DNA of 64,000 nt from Candidatus Omnitrophota bacterium (GTDB lineage Bacteria; Omnitrophota; Gorgyraeia; Aquiviventales; Aquiviventaceae): assembly GCA_016206725.1 (NCBI GenBank), contig JACQRA010000088.1:1622-65621 (forward strand). Reading direction: 5' to 3'. The translations under genes were made by a program, and so were the position numbers. Below the pieces are notes generated by a model. The model was given only the letters and a program-made list of their open reading frames with translations. It did not search any database and was not told the origin of the DNA. Shown one piece after another: positions 1 through 9,591 of the stretch. Numbering within the stretch: the first letter of the stretch is position 1; each line of letters begins with the position of its first letter.

Positions 1-938
1 ATCGTCCGCCGCAATCCTTCTTCAAGCGAAACCGCGGGTTTCCAGCCGAGGAGCTGCTGAGCCAGCGTCGTGTCCGCCAAAAGCCGTTCCACCTCACTGC
101 CTTGCGGCCGCAGACGCTGCGCCTCCTGCTCAACGGCGCCAGCCTTCCCGAGCCGCGTCAGAATCATCCGGGCCAGCTCCCCGATGCTCGTCTCCCGGCC
201 TGACCCCAGGTTGATCGCGCGCCCGACCGCTTCAGGGACGGTCGCCGCCAAGACAAAGCCTTCCACGGTATCACTGACGTAATTCAAGTCTCTCTTCGGG
301 CTGAGATTGCCCAACCGCACCGTCCCGTTGCCCAGGCCCTGCGTGATGATGGTCGGAATGATCGCCCGAGCCGACTGACGAGGCCCAAAGGTATTGAACG
401 GCCGGATCGTTACCACCGGCAGTTCATAGGAACGCCAAAACGATTCAGCCAGCTTGTCCGCCCCGATCTTGCTGGCGGCGTAGGGCGACTGGGCCTGGAG
501 CGGATGCGCTTCATCCATCGGCACATACTGCGCGGTTCCATAGACTTCGCTGGTAGAGGTGTGCACGACCCGCCCCACGCCGCCGGCACGGGCCGCCTGC
601 AAGACATTCAAGGTTCCCACGACGTTGGTCTGGACGAACGAGCTTGGCGCCTGATAGGAATAGGGAATCGCGATGAGCGCCGCCAGGTGAAACACGACCT
701 CGGTTCCCTGCACCGCCTGCAGGACGAGATCCCGATCGGCCAAGTCTCCCGCCACCACCTCCAACTCCTCCTTCAGCGGTGATGTATCCAGCCAACCCCA
801 CGAGCCGTCTCCGCGATAGTGGACGAAGGCGCGCACGGTGGCGCCAAGTTCCACCAACCGTTCCGTGAGGTGGCTGCCGATGAATCCCCCGGCTCCCGTC
901 ACCAAGACCCGTTTCCCTTGCCACATGCTGGTGCTCAT
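1..938 (-). CDS. legB: NAD-dependent 4,6-dehydratase LegB-like (GDP-GlcNAc 4,6-dehydratase); 3' end runs off window
   Basis: Not in the ORF track. Manual translation from ATG 938 gives MSTSMWQGKRVLVTGAGGFIGSHLTERL...GSWGWLD...AALIAIPYSY...TSTSEVYGTAQYVPMDEAHPLQAQSPYAASK, typical of LegB. ATGA overlap with the upstream gene; legionaminic acid context. Confidence 0.85.
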   Translation of the reverse strand, partial: MSTSMWQGKRVLVTGAGGFIGSHLTERLVELGATVRAFVHYRGDGSWGWLDTSPLKEELEVVAGDLADRDLVLQAVQGTEVVFHLAALIAIPYSYQAPSSFVQTNVVGTLNVLQAARAGGVGRVVHTSTSEVYGTAQYVPMDEAHPLQAQSPYAASKIGADKLAESFWRSYELPVVTIRPFNTFGPRQSARAIIPTIITQGLGNGTVRLGNLSPKRDLNYVSDTVEGFVLAATVPEAVGRAINLGSGRETSIGELARMILTRLGKAGAVEQEAQRLRPQGSEVERLLADTTLAQQLLGWKPAVSLEEGLRRT

Positions 939-2056
939 GACACAGTTTTCTGAAACGGCGCGGCGCGATGCTTCGCCTTACGCCGAGATTGCTCCCACCG
1001 TTTCACCTGTTCTTGAGCTTCGGCGTAGTCATCGAGCTGACCGATGTCCAGCCAATGCTCCCGAATCGGAAAACTCACCACGGTCCGTCCGGACTTGATG
1101 AGTTGCTGGATGAGCTCCGTCATATCCATCCGTTCTCCCTTGGGGATGAACTGGTAGACGTCAGGCTCCAGCAGATAGGTCCCCGCATTCACGAACGAAC
1201 TCACGAGCGGCTTCTCACTTAACCCCGTGACACGAAATCCCTCGCACCGCACCAATCCATATGGAACCTTCAGTTCATAATGGCGGACGCAGACGGTGAA
1301 GTCCGCCTCGTGCTCCCGGTGGTAGGCCAACATCGCCCGGAAATCCACCTGCGTGAGGATATCGCCGTTCATGACGAGGGTCGTCGTGTCGGGAGGCTCC
1401 TGCAGTCCCAGCGCGCCTGCGGTCCCGAGGGGACGGTCCTCCGTCACATAGGACAGCTCAACGCCAAACTGCTTGCCATCGCGAAAATGCGCTTCGATCT
1501 TCTCCGGCTTATGGTGGGTACTCAGCTTCACGTGCCGCACGCCGGCGTCCCGCAACTGCTCAATGATGAGTTCCAGCAGCGGCCGATCGCCCACGGGAAG
1601 CATGGGCTTCGGGATCTCTTCGGTCAAGGGACTGAGCCGGCTGCCCATCCCGCCCGCCATCACGACCGCCCGCAACGACAGCGGCTGGTTCGGCAGAAAC
1701 TCCTCCATCGTCACCACCCCGACGACTCGATCGGCCTCATCCAGCAACGGCAGATGGAGAATCCCGTGGCGCTTGAGGAGCGCCAGATACGCCCCGCTCT
1801 CCTGCCCCATCCGGGCGGTGATCGGCGTCGCGTAGGGCGTACCGGCTTTCCTCGCCAGGAGCGAACGGATCGGCTGCTCGAGCGCGAGCTTCGTCAAGAG
1901 CGCGCGCCGGATGTCGCCATCCGTGATGGTGCCGATCAGCCGGCGCTGCCCATCCACAACCAGGACGATGCCCAAGCGATTGGCGTCCATCTGGACCACC
2001 GCCGGGTACAGCGCCTGGTCTTGAGACACGCACAGTGTCGCCAGGTCGGTATACAT
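935..2056 (-). CDS. CBS-domain nucleotidyltransferase (PtmE-like GlcN-1-P guanylyltransferase)
   Basis: N-terminal CBS pair (GTITDGDIRRALL), then VVMAGGMGSRL..LT...PKPMLPVG, EDRPLGTAGAL, WLDIG. Confidence 0.85.
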   Translation of the reverse strand: MYTDLATLCVSQDQALYPAVVQMDANRLGIVLVVDGQRRLIGTITDGDIRRALLTKLALEQPIRSLLARKAGTPYATPITARMGQESGAYLALLKRHGILHLPLLDEADRVVGVVTMEEFLPNQPLSLRAVVMAGGMGSRLSPLTEEIPKPMLPVGDRPLLELIIEQLRDAGVRHVKLSTHHKPEKIEAHFRDGKQFGVELSYVTEDRPLGTAGALGLQEPPDTTTLVMNGDILTQVDFRAMLAYHREHEADFTVCVRHYELKVPYGLVRCEGFRVTGLSEKPLVSSFVNAGTYLLEPDVYQFIPKGERMDMTELIQQLIKSGRTVVSFPIREHWLDIGQLDDYAEAQEQVKRWEQSRRKAKHRAAPFQKTVS

Positions 2057-2057
2057 C

Positions 2058-3305
2058 TCACGCGACCTCGTGGCGTAAGGACCACCGGCCGCCCTCGCGC
2101 GTCCAGAGATGCGGCGAGCGGAACTCGTCGCACAGCTCCATGAACCGCTCGACGGTCAGCCCCAAGGCTTCCAGCACCTCTCGAACATATCGCCCTGGCT
2201 GCTCGCCGTCGAAGCGGCGCACCAGGGCGATGCCTTCCTCGCGCGTGAGATGCTTGTTGCGAATCTCCTGCGAGGCGTCATACGACGCCCGGCCAAGGCC
2301 GAACTTGATGTGCGTCGTGTAGTAGTGCAGATCGTCGATCTTGTCATCAATGCTGTTGTACTTGCTGTAGGTTCCCTCGGTGCGGAACGGGCGGGCTTGG
2401 AAGCCGGTGTGTTCGACCGCGTAGTAATACGCCTCTTGAGGCGTCCACTTGATGTAGTAGCCCATGTAGTGCACTTCGATGTTGGAGCGGGCCAACTCCT
2501 CGGCGTCCGCCGGCAGGTAGGCCATGAAATCGTTCAGCGAGAGCTGGTGGCGCTCCATCAGCTCGGGCAGCGGCAGGCCGGCCAGGTAGAGCTCATCGAG
2601 GTGGCGCATGGTGTAGTAGGAGGTGTCGCGCAACGAGCTGGCGGTCTCCGCGATGGGACTGCCGTACTCCGCCTCCGGTTCGCCGAAGAACACCAACGGG
2701 ATCTGGTAGCGCAGCGCCACCTTGGGCGCCAGGTTTTTCTGACCCAGGATGAACGTCTGGAACGGATGCAGGAGATGCTCGATCGCCAGGCGGGTCAGCA
2801 GACGATGGACGCGGCCGTTCGGCTTGAAGGTCACATTGTCGAAGCCGCCCACCTCGATCCAATTCTGAAAATTTTTCCAGCCGTAGTCCGTGTACAGAAT
2901 CGGCGGCCAGGTCACGGTGAGAGGGTGCATGCCGTATGTGTACTTGAGCAGATGCGCCGCGTAGGCGCTGTCCTTCCCTCCGCTGCCCGGCACGAGGCAA
3001 TCATACGCGCCGTCGCTTCGGCGGTACCGGTCGAGCAGCGCGAGGAGTTCCTGCTCGCGCCGCGTCCAGTCAATCGTTTCCTTGCGCTGCGCGTATCGGC
3101 AGGCGTCGCACACGCCCTCCTCGTCAAGATGGAGATACTTCGCGCCCTGGCGGTCCGGCCGGTGCCGAAACTCCGGAATGGAGGAGGGACGCTGGTTGGA
3201 CATCACGCACCCGCGGCAAAAGATCACCTCGCGCGGCAGGCCGTATTTGACCTCCGGCGCGTCAGAGCGTTCTAACGCGGGCTTACGGGTCGCTGACTTC
3301 AGCAT
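2058..3305 (-). CDS. wbuX: N-acetyl sugar amidotransferase (WbuX/PseA family)
   Basis: CRGCVMSNQRP, GVCDAC, PP-loop YDCLVPGSGGKDS, EGTYSKYNSIDDKIDDLHYY, KFGLGRA; start refined to ATG 3305. Confidence 0.85.
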   Translation of the reverse strand: MLKSATRKPALERSDAPEVKYGLPREVIFCRGCVMSNQRPSSIPEFRHRPDRQGAKYLHLDEEGVCDACRYAQRKETIDWTRREQELLALLDRYRRSDGAYDCLVPGSGGKDSAYAAHLLKYTYGMHPLTVTWPPILYTDYGWKNFQNWIEVGGFDNVTFKPNGRVHRLLTRLAIEHLLHPFQTFILGQKNLAPKVALRYQIPLVFFGEPEAEYGSPIAETASSLRDTSYYTMRHLDELYLAGLPLPELMERHQLSLNDFMAYLPADAEELARSNIEVHYMGYYIKWTPQEAYYYAVEHTGFQARPFRTEGTYSKYNSIDDKIDDLHYYTTHIKFGLGRASYDASQEIRNKHLTREEGIALVRRFDGEQPGRYVREVLEALGLTVERFMELCDEFRSPHLWTREGGRWSLRHEVA

Positions 3306-3996
3306 GTTGCACCTCATGGGATGGCGCGGTGATCCGCGCGGCGAGACGACGATACATGCGAAGACCGAGAGGCCCGCTGCGTTCCGGATGGTACTGGCTG
3401 GCAAACACGTGATCCTGTTGGAGTGTCGAGCAGAATGTCGTCGACCCGTAGCGCGTGACCGACAAGACGACCCGCGGATCCACCGGACGGAGATAGAAGG
3501 AATGGACGAAATACATGGCGGAGCCGTCCGTCAACCCCTCCAGCAACGAGCCGTCCCACGACCGCGCCTGCCGCTCGATTCGGTTCCATCCGATGTGGGG
3601 AACTTTGAGGACACGGCCCTGCTCGGTGGAGACGGCCAGCCGCACGACATCGCCCTCAATGATTCCCAAGCCCTTGTGCCGACCGAACTCTTCGCTTTCG
3701 CTCATCAACAACTGCATCCCCAAGCAGATTCCCATGAGGGGCGCGCCGGAGACGGCCGCGTCCCGCAACGGGCTGATCAGATCCAGCCGTCGCAGCGCCT
3801 CCATCGCATCACCGAAGGCGCCCACGCCAGGCAGGATCACGGCGTTCGCCGAGACGATCTGCTCCGAGGAGGAGGTAATGGCCGCGGACAGCCCGACCGC
3901 CTCGCAGGCGTGCTTGACGCTGAACAGGTTGCCCATCCCATAGTCCACGATGGCGACGCGTCCCACCACCTGGCGCGGCCCTACTCCTTCAGGCAT
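3283..3996 (-). CDS. HisH-like glutamine amidotransferase subunit (WbuY-like)
   Basis: IVDYGMGNLFSV, LPGVGAF, GICLGMQLL, PHIGWN, YFVHSF, QYHPERS; adjacent to wbuX. Confidence 0.85.
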   Translation of the reverse strand: MPEGVGPRQVVGRVAIVDYGMGNLFSVKHACEAVGLSAAITSSSEQIVSANAVILPGVGAFGDAMEALRRLDLISPLRDAAVSGAPLMGICLGMQLLMSESEEFGRHKGLGIIEGDVVRLAVSTEQGRVLKVPHIGWNRIERQARSWDGSLLEGLTDGSAMYFVHSFYLRPVDPRVVLSVTRYGSTTFCSTLQQDHVFASQYHPERSGPLGLRMYRRLAARITAPSHEVQHAEVSDP

Positions 3997-4849
3997 AGTC
4001 GACCTCACGGCAGGGGATGCCCCCCGAGCGCATGGCGTCGCGGATCTCCGGCAGGGTCGCCACGTGGATGCTCAAGAACCCTCCGCGACGCTTCGTCAGG
4101 TATTCGACATTCCCTTCAGCGGAGAAATCCCCCACGACCTCATGGTGCCGCACCGTGTGATAGTGCAGCACGGACGCGAGGCACACCGCATTGGCGTGGC
4201 CCTCAGCCACCACGTCGCAGACGTGCTGTACGCTGCCCGCACCGCCGCAGGCAATGACCGGAATCGAGACCGCATCGGCGATCTGCCGCGTGAGTTCCAC
4301 GTCGAAGCCGCGGCCCGTTCCTTCCCGGTCAATGGACGTCACGAGCAGCTCCCCCGCCCCCAACGCGGCCGCCTCCACCGCCCAAGCCACTGCGTCGCGG
4401 CCGGTTTCCTGCCGGCCGTTATCGGTATAGGCTTCGTATCGGCCGTCGGATTTCTTGATCGCCTCAACGGAGACCACGATGGTGGAGGAGCCAAACCGAT
4501 GGGCGGCCTGACGGATCAGTTCCGGCTCGCGAATCGCCGCCGTGTTGAGCGAGACCTTGTCGGCGCCGGCGCAGAGAACCTTGCGAATGTCGTCCAAGGT
4601 TCTGAGGCCGCCGCCGACGGTCAGCGGAATGAAAATCTCTTTTGAGGTGCGCGCCACAATATCCAAGAGGTTGTGGCGTCCGTAGAGACTAGCGACCACG
4701 TCCATGTAGAGCAGCTCATCGGCTCCTTGCTCATAGTAGCAGCGCGCAAACGCCTCGGGCTTGCCCAACACGCGAAGCCCTTCCAGGTGAACGCCTTTCA
4801 CCAGATTGGGTCCCTTGATGTCCAGCCGGGGAATAATCCGCACGCTCAT
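3989..4849 (-). CDS. HisF-like cyclase subunit (WbuZ-like)
   Basis: RIIPRLDIKGPNLVKG, PLTVGGGLR, GADKVSLNTAA, GAGELLVTSIDREGT, PVIACGGAG. Confidence 0.85.
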   Translation of the reverse strand: MSVRIIPRLDIKGPNLVKGVHLEGLRVLGKPEAFARCYYEQGADELLYMDVVASLYGRHNLLDIVARTSKEIFIPLTVGGGLRTLDDIRKVLCAGADKVSLNTAAIREPELIRQAAHRFGSSTIVVSVEAIKKSDGRYEAYTDNGRQETGRDAVAWAVEAAALGAGELLVTSIDREGTGRGFDVELTRQIADAVSIPVIACGGAGSVQHVCDVVAEGHANAVCLASVLHYHTVRHHEVVGDFSAEGNVEYLTKRRGGFLSIHVATLPEIRDAMRSGGIPCREVDYA

Positions 4850-6021
4850 GGGGTGACCAATGCTTCAGAAGGCCAATCCACAAATGACTTGGCGATGAAC
4901 CGATGATCCAGCACAACGCCCCGCAGATGGTCCACCATCACGTCCGCCGCGCGTCCCTCACCATACGGGTTGACCATGTTCTTGAGGCACTCGCGGGTCT
5001 CCGGCGCGAGGGCGCGGCGAATACCCTGGAGGATGGCTTCTCGTCCATAGCCGACGTCAATCACGTTCTCCGCCCTCAATCGTCCCGCCTGCCGGGTGCC
5101 GATATTGACGACTGGCAGCTTGAACGACGGCGCTTCGATGAGTCCGCTGGACGAATTTCCGATCATCGCCGCGGCGTGCGCCATGAGGCTGAAATAGGCT
5201 TGTGTGCCCAGGGCGTCGACCACGACCGACGAAGGGCGGCTTGCGACAAACGCCTCGATGGCCCGGCGAATCACCCGGCCGTTGGTGTCCGCATTGGCCG
5301 CCGTGAAGACCACCGGCCGATCCACGACTTCCAGGACGGCGAGCAATTCGCCGATCTGCCAAACCGCCTGTTCGTATTCGAGCGTCACCGGATGATACGT
5401 GACTAACAGCGGGGCCGTCTTCAGCGGCTTGCCGAGGGAGAAAGCGATCTCTTCCAGCGTGAGCAGCTTGACGGTGCGAAGATTGTCTAACCCCGGCGCC
5501 CCCGACACGACGACCCGCCACGGTTCTTCCCCCATCTGGAGCACGCGGCGGCGAGCCTCTTCGGTGGCGACGAAGTGGAGATGGCTCATCTTGGTCATCG
5601 CGTGGCGCCAAGCGTTGTCAATCGCTCCATTCGTCAGCTCCCCGCCATGGAGATGGGCCAGCGGGATGGCAAACGGCACCGCCGCCACCGCCGCCGCGTG
5701 CATCTCGAACCGGTCCCCCAACAGGACGAGCACATCCGGACGGCATCGCCCATAGGCCTGCGAGAACCCCAGCGTGCCACGCCCCATGGCGGCGGCGATG
5801 CCGGCAGGGCTGTCGTCGCCCAAGCCCATGGGAATCCGCTCGGCAATGGGAAATCCATCAACCTCAATGGCGCGCACCGTCAGACCGAACGACGGCTCCA
5901 GATGCGTGCCCGTGACGAACAGGCGCAGCGCCAACCCCTCAGCCTGTTGAATCGCCCGCAACACCGGCCGATAGATGCCGTAGTCTGAACGACCGACGGT
6001 CACCACGCCAATCGTTCTCAT
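4846..6021 (-). CDS. neuC: Hydrolysing NDP-N,N'-diacetylbacillosamine 2-epimerase (NeuC/LegG)
   Basis: VTVGRSDYG, LLGDRFE, HLHGGE, RHAMTKMSHLHF, IGNSSSGLIEAP, NIGTRQAGR, NPYGEG. Confidence 0.9.
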   Translation of the reverse strand: MRTIGVVTVGRSDYGIYRPVLRAIQQAEGLALRLFVTGTHLEPSFGLTVRAIEVDGFPIAERIPMGLGDDSPAGIAAAMGRGTLGFSQAYGRCRPDVLVLLGDRFEMHAAAVAAVPFAIPLAHLHGGELTNGAIDNAWRHAMTKMSHLHFVATEEARRRVLQMGEEPWRVVVSGAPGLDNLRTVKLLTLEEIAFSLGKPLKTAPLLVTYHPVTLEYEQAVWQIGELLAVLEVVDRPVVFTAANADTNGRVIRRAIEAFVASRPSSVVVDALGTQAYFSLMAHAAAMIGNSSSGLIEAPSFKLPVVNIGTRQAGRLRAENVIDVGYGREAILQGIRRALAPETRECLKNMVNPYGEGRAADVMVDHLRGVVLDHRFIAKSFVDWPSEALVTP

Positions 6022-7073
6022 CAGCGGAGCATCTCCAACGCGATCAAGGCATCCGCCGGAATATCCTGGGCCGCGATGCGCCCGATCACCTGAGGCAACA
6101 GGGAGGGCGGCAATCCGATGCCCGGCCGCTTGGTCGTAATCAACGCCTCGGTCAATCGCGTGCCGGCACGCACATCGCAGGCGGCCACCAGGCTCTTGCG
6201 GGCCACCGCCGCCGTTTCCAACTCGCGGGCGGCCGGCTCTTTGCGCCCATGGCCGAGCGCACGCTCCACGAGTCGGATGCCCCGCACCAACGCCGCCAAT
6301 TCATCCGGCTCAAGGGACATCTGATGATCCGGACCCGGCAGGTTGCGATTCAGCGTGACATGTTTCTCAATCACGCAGGCCCCCAGCGCCACCGCGGCCA
6401 AGGCGACCTCGATGCCCGGCGTGTGATCCGAGTAGCCCACCGGCACGCCGAAGGCGCGAGTCAAGCTGGCCATCGCTCGCAGATTGGCATCGGCCGGATC
6501 CGCCGGATAGTTGCTGACGCAATGCAGCAGAATGAGCGGCGGGTTGCCGGCCTCGCGAATGACACGGACCGCTTCAGCCACTTCCGCTTCCGTGCTCATG
6601 CCGGTGGAGACAATCATCGGCCGTCCTTTCTGCGCGATGTGGCGCAGGTACGGCAGATTGGTCACTTCACCCGAGGGCACTTTGAAGACCGCCACGTCGA
6701 GCGTCTCGAGAAAATCGGCGCTCTCTTCATCGAAGGGTGTGCACATGTACCAAATCCCCTGCTGCCTGCAGTAGGCGGAAATGGTCCGATTCGCTTCCTG
6801 GGAAAATTCCAGGCGCCGCAACATCTCGAGTTGGGACTCGCCGCCTCCGGTCGTCTCCGCTTGGTAGTGCGCCTTCGGCGCGCAGGCGGCGGCCAGGCGC
6901 TCGGCCTTAAAGGCTTGGAACTTGACCGCATCAGCTCCGGCCGATTTGGCCGCATCCACCAGCCGGCGCGCCATGTCCAGATCCCGATTGTGGTTGACCC
7001 CGACTTCCGCCACGATGAAACACGGCTCCCCGGGGCCAACCCAACGTCCGGCAATCTCCACAGGCTTCACCAT
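6021..7073 (-). CDS. neuB: N,N'-diacetyllegionaminate synthase (NeuB/LegI family, C-terminal SAF domain)
   Basis: FIVAEVGVNHN, GADAVKFQ, KVPSGEVTN, STGMST, LHCVSNYP, GYSDHT, IEKH, GPDH; start refined to ATG 7073. Confidence 0.92.
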   Translation of the reverse strand: MVKPVEIAGRWVGPGEPCFIVAEVGVNHNRDLDMARRLVDAAKSAGADAVKFQAFKAERLAAACAPKAHYQAETTGGGESQLEMLRRLEFSQEANRTISAYCRQQGIWYMCTPFDEESADFLETLDVAVFKVPSGEVTNLPYLRHIAQKGRPMIVSTGMSTEAEVAEAVRVIREAGNPPLILLHCVSNYPADPADANLRAMASLTRAFGVPVGYSDHTPGIEVALAAVALGACVIEKHVTLNRNLPGPDHQMSLEPDELAALVRGIRLVERALGHGRKEPAARELETAAVARKSLVAACDVRAGTRLTEALITTKRPGIGLPPSLLPQVIGRIAAQDIPADALIALEMLR

Positions 7074-7831
7074 ATCGTCCACCCGCCATCCACGACCAGG
7101 TTGTGCCCTGTCACATACGCGGAGAGATCGCTCGCCAGATACGCAACGGCCCCCTTGAGATCTTCCTCCGTCGCCATCCGACCCAGCGGCGTGCGCGTGT
7201 GATATCGGCGGCGGAATGCGGCCGGTTGATGGCGCCACACACCTCCCGGCGAGACGGCATTCACGCGAATGCGCGGGGCCAAGGTTGTGGCCAGGTAGCG
7301 GATCAGTTGCAGGATCCCGCCTTTGGACGCGGCATAGCCGGCCGGCTGGGCCATGGCCGTTCCGTCATAGAGCCGCCAATCCGGCCCCACCAGCCCATAG
7401 ATAGAGGAAAGAAGGATGACAGAACCGTGCCCGGAGGCAGCCAGGGCGTTTCGAGCCTCTTGAACCATGACGAAGGCTGAGGTCACATTGACCCGCATCG
7501 CCGCGTCCCACGCTTCCACGGTCTGCTGCGAGAACGGCACCGCCCAGCCCGGCTTCTTGGTCGCTCCCACATAGGCGGCGCAATGGATGAGAATCTCGAG
7601 TCCGCCCATCCGCTTGATGGCGGCTCGGATCGCCTGGCGGGTCGCGCGCTCATCGCGCAAGTCGCACCGCATCGCATCGGCACGGCCGTGAGCGCGTACA
7701 TCCAATATCATGACACGACTGCCCGTTTCTTCAAGTGCCTTGGTGATGACGGTGCCGATATGGCCAGCCCCGCCGGTCAACAGGACCCTCCGGCCGGTCA
7801 GATCCATGAGCTGTGCCACCGACCGCTCCAT
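7067..7831 (-). CDS. SDR oxidoreductase (PtmA/ElaC-like)
   Basis: TGGAGHIG, SSIYG, YAASKGG, RVNAVSPGG, TGHNLVVDGG. Confidence 0.8.
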   Translation of the reverse strand: MERSVAQLMDLTGRRVLLTGGAGHIGTVITKALEETGSRVMILDVRAHGRADAMRCDLRDERATRQAIRAAIKRMGGLEILIHCAAYVGATKKPGWAVPFSQQTVEAWDAAMRVNVTSAFVMVQEARNALAASGHGSVILLSSIYGLVGPDWRLYDGTAMAQPAGYAASKGGILQLIRYLATTLAPRIRVNAVSPGGVWRHQPAAFRRRYHTRTPLGRMATEEDLKGAVAYLASDLSAYVTGHNLVVDGGWTIW

Positions 7832-8583
7832 CAGACTCGCACCGCCTCGCTGAGCCACGGCAAGGTAATCAGCCCGCTCCTCACCATGGCTTCGGCCCGC
7901 GCAAATTGCTTCGCATCATCAATCGACATCGCCCGTATCTCGGGAATCTCATGCAGCAGGTAACGCCCACCGCGCTGCCATGATCCCTGATGCACCCGCA
8001 CAAAGGCTGCGCGCCAGAGATAGATGGAGCCGTTGATCCGATACACCGTCGGGACGTCCTGGCGGCGCGTAAACTGCCCCCCCGACTCGATGAGCTGAGC
8101 CATACAGCCGTCGCGCTCCACGACACAATGCCAGATCGGATTGAACTCCGGCTCGGACACCCCGATGATGCCGTCGGCCTCGGGCGACTCGCGCAGCTTC
8201 CGCAGCGCGACGGTCACGTCCAACGGCTCGCGGGCCGGCGAGGTGGGATCGAGCAGCAAGATCTCCTTGTAGAATCTCCTTTCCTCCTTTTCGACAAACG
8301 CCAGCGCGTGCTGGACGACCATCCAGAGTGGCGTGTCATCTTGCGCCAACTCGGAGGGTCGGGAACAGGGCGTTTCGGCGCCAAACCGCTTCGCGACCTC
8401 CGCAATCTCTTGGACATCAGTCGAGACCACACACCGGTCAATCTCCGGACACATCTTGGCAAACAAGATGGAATGCGCGATGAGCGGCAGACCGAGAAAC
8501 GGCCGGATGTTTTTGCCCGGCAGCCCCTTGGATCCGCCGCGCGCCGGGATGACGGCCAGCAGCCCCTGCTCCGCGTCGCTCAT
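7831..8583 (-). CDS. neuA: Acylneuraminate cytidylyltransferase (NeuA/LegF family)
   Basis: VIPARGGSKGLPGKNI, VSTD, LLDPTSP, RRQD, NGSIY, SIDD. Confidence 0.9.
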   Translation of the reverse strand: MSDAEQGLLAVIPARGGSKGLPGKNIRPFLGLPLIAHSILFAKMCPEIDRCVVSTDVQEIAEVAKRFGAETPCSRPSELAQDDTPLWMVVQHALAFVEKEERRFYKEILLLDPTSPAREPLDVTVALRKLRESPEADGIIGVSEPEFNPIWHCVVERDGCMAQLIESGGQFTRRQDVPTVYRINGSIYLWRAAFVRVHQGSWQRGGRYLLHEIPEIRAMSIDDAKQFARAEAMVRSGLITLPWLSEAVRV

Positions 8584-9569
8584 GAGGCATACTCCACTCG
8601 TTCCTCCCGCCGACTGTGGGAAGCAATGCGGGCGGCGTCGCACACCGCCAACGCCATCACCCCCTCCTGTCCGGTCGCCAAACGCGGATCGTGCGCGCCG
8701 CCGCAGGCGGCAAGAAAGGCTTGCGCTTGAGCGGTGAACATCGCATCGCGCGTTTGCGAGGACCGCCGGGTGATCGCCTCCGTCCCGTTGGCGGCGAGCG
8801 TGACCGTTCCCGCGACCCCATCCCAGCTCAGCGTGCCGTGTTCACCGCACGCCCGCATGGCGCGCCGCGGCGGCGTCGTCAAATAGTCCACGCACAGGCA
8901 GATGAGACATCCTTCGGCAGTTTCCCACGACACCTCCGCGATTTCCTCCGCGCTAATCCCCAACCGCCCCAGGTTTCGCACGCGCGCCTGCACCGCGCGC
9001 GGCCAGCCATACAGCCATCCGGCGTAATCCACCTCATGAATCAGATCCCGCAACACGCCGCCCTCATCCATATGAGCCGAATAGCGCTCACGGCATGGAC
9101 GGCCACCCGGATGCCAATCCGGCAGATACGACTGGCACTCGATCCGCACCGCATGGAGCCGTCCCAGCGACGGCAACCGTTCGCGGAACCAGCCCAACGA
9201 CTCGCTGAACCGCATCACGCAGCCCGTGAAGAGCCTCCGCTCGGCAGCCTGCGCGCGCGCGGCGAGCTCGCGCGCCTGCGCCGCATCACACGCCAGCGGC
9301 TTCTCAACGAGCAGATTCAGTCCCTGATCGAGCGCGTCGAGCCCATCCCGCAGGTGACGGCCGGTGTCGGTCGCAATGATCGCCGCCGTCGCGCCCAACT
9401 CGGCCGCCTCCCGCACATCGGCGGCCGTTGAAAATCCTTGCGCGGCCAGCTCGCCCCTGCGTTCGGCCCGAATCGGCACCGCAATGGGGCACAGCCCACC
9501 GCTCTGCGTCAAGACCCGTAGGTGCCTCGTCCCAATGCTGCCGGTTCCCACCACCGCAATGGCACTCAT
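8580..9569 (-). CDS. Gfo/Idh/MocA oxidoreductase (PtmF/ElaA-like)
   Basis: VVGTGSIGTRH, LVEKPL, YLPDWHP, GGVLRDLIHEVDY. Confidence 0.8.
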   Translation of the reverse strand: MSAIAVVGTGSIGTRHLRVLTQSGGLCPIAVPIRAERRGELAAQGFSTAADVREAAELGATAAIIATDTGRHLRDGLDALDQGLNLLVEKPLACDAAQARELAARAQAAERRLFTGCVMRFSESLGWFRERLPSLGRLHAVRIECQSYLPDWHPGGRPCRERYSAHMDEGGVLRDLIHEVDYAGWLYGWPRAVQARVRNLGRLGISAEEIAEVSWETAEGCLICLCVDYLTTPPRRAMRACGEHGTLSWDGVAGTVTLAANGTEAITRRSSQTRDAMFTAQAQAFLAACGGAHDPRLATGQEGVMALAVCDAARIASHSRREERVEYAS

Positions 9570-9591
9570 CACCGAAGCAAGGGCGTTGTCG

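Noticed and set aside
3283-4849. Histidine biosynthesis hisH/hisF
   Set aside because: No other his genes; adjacency to a WbuX amidotransferase indicates the glycan amidation paralogues.
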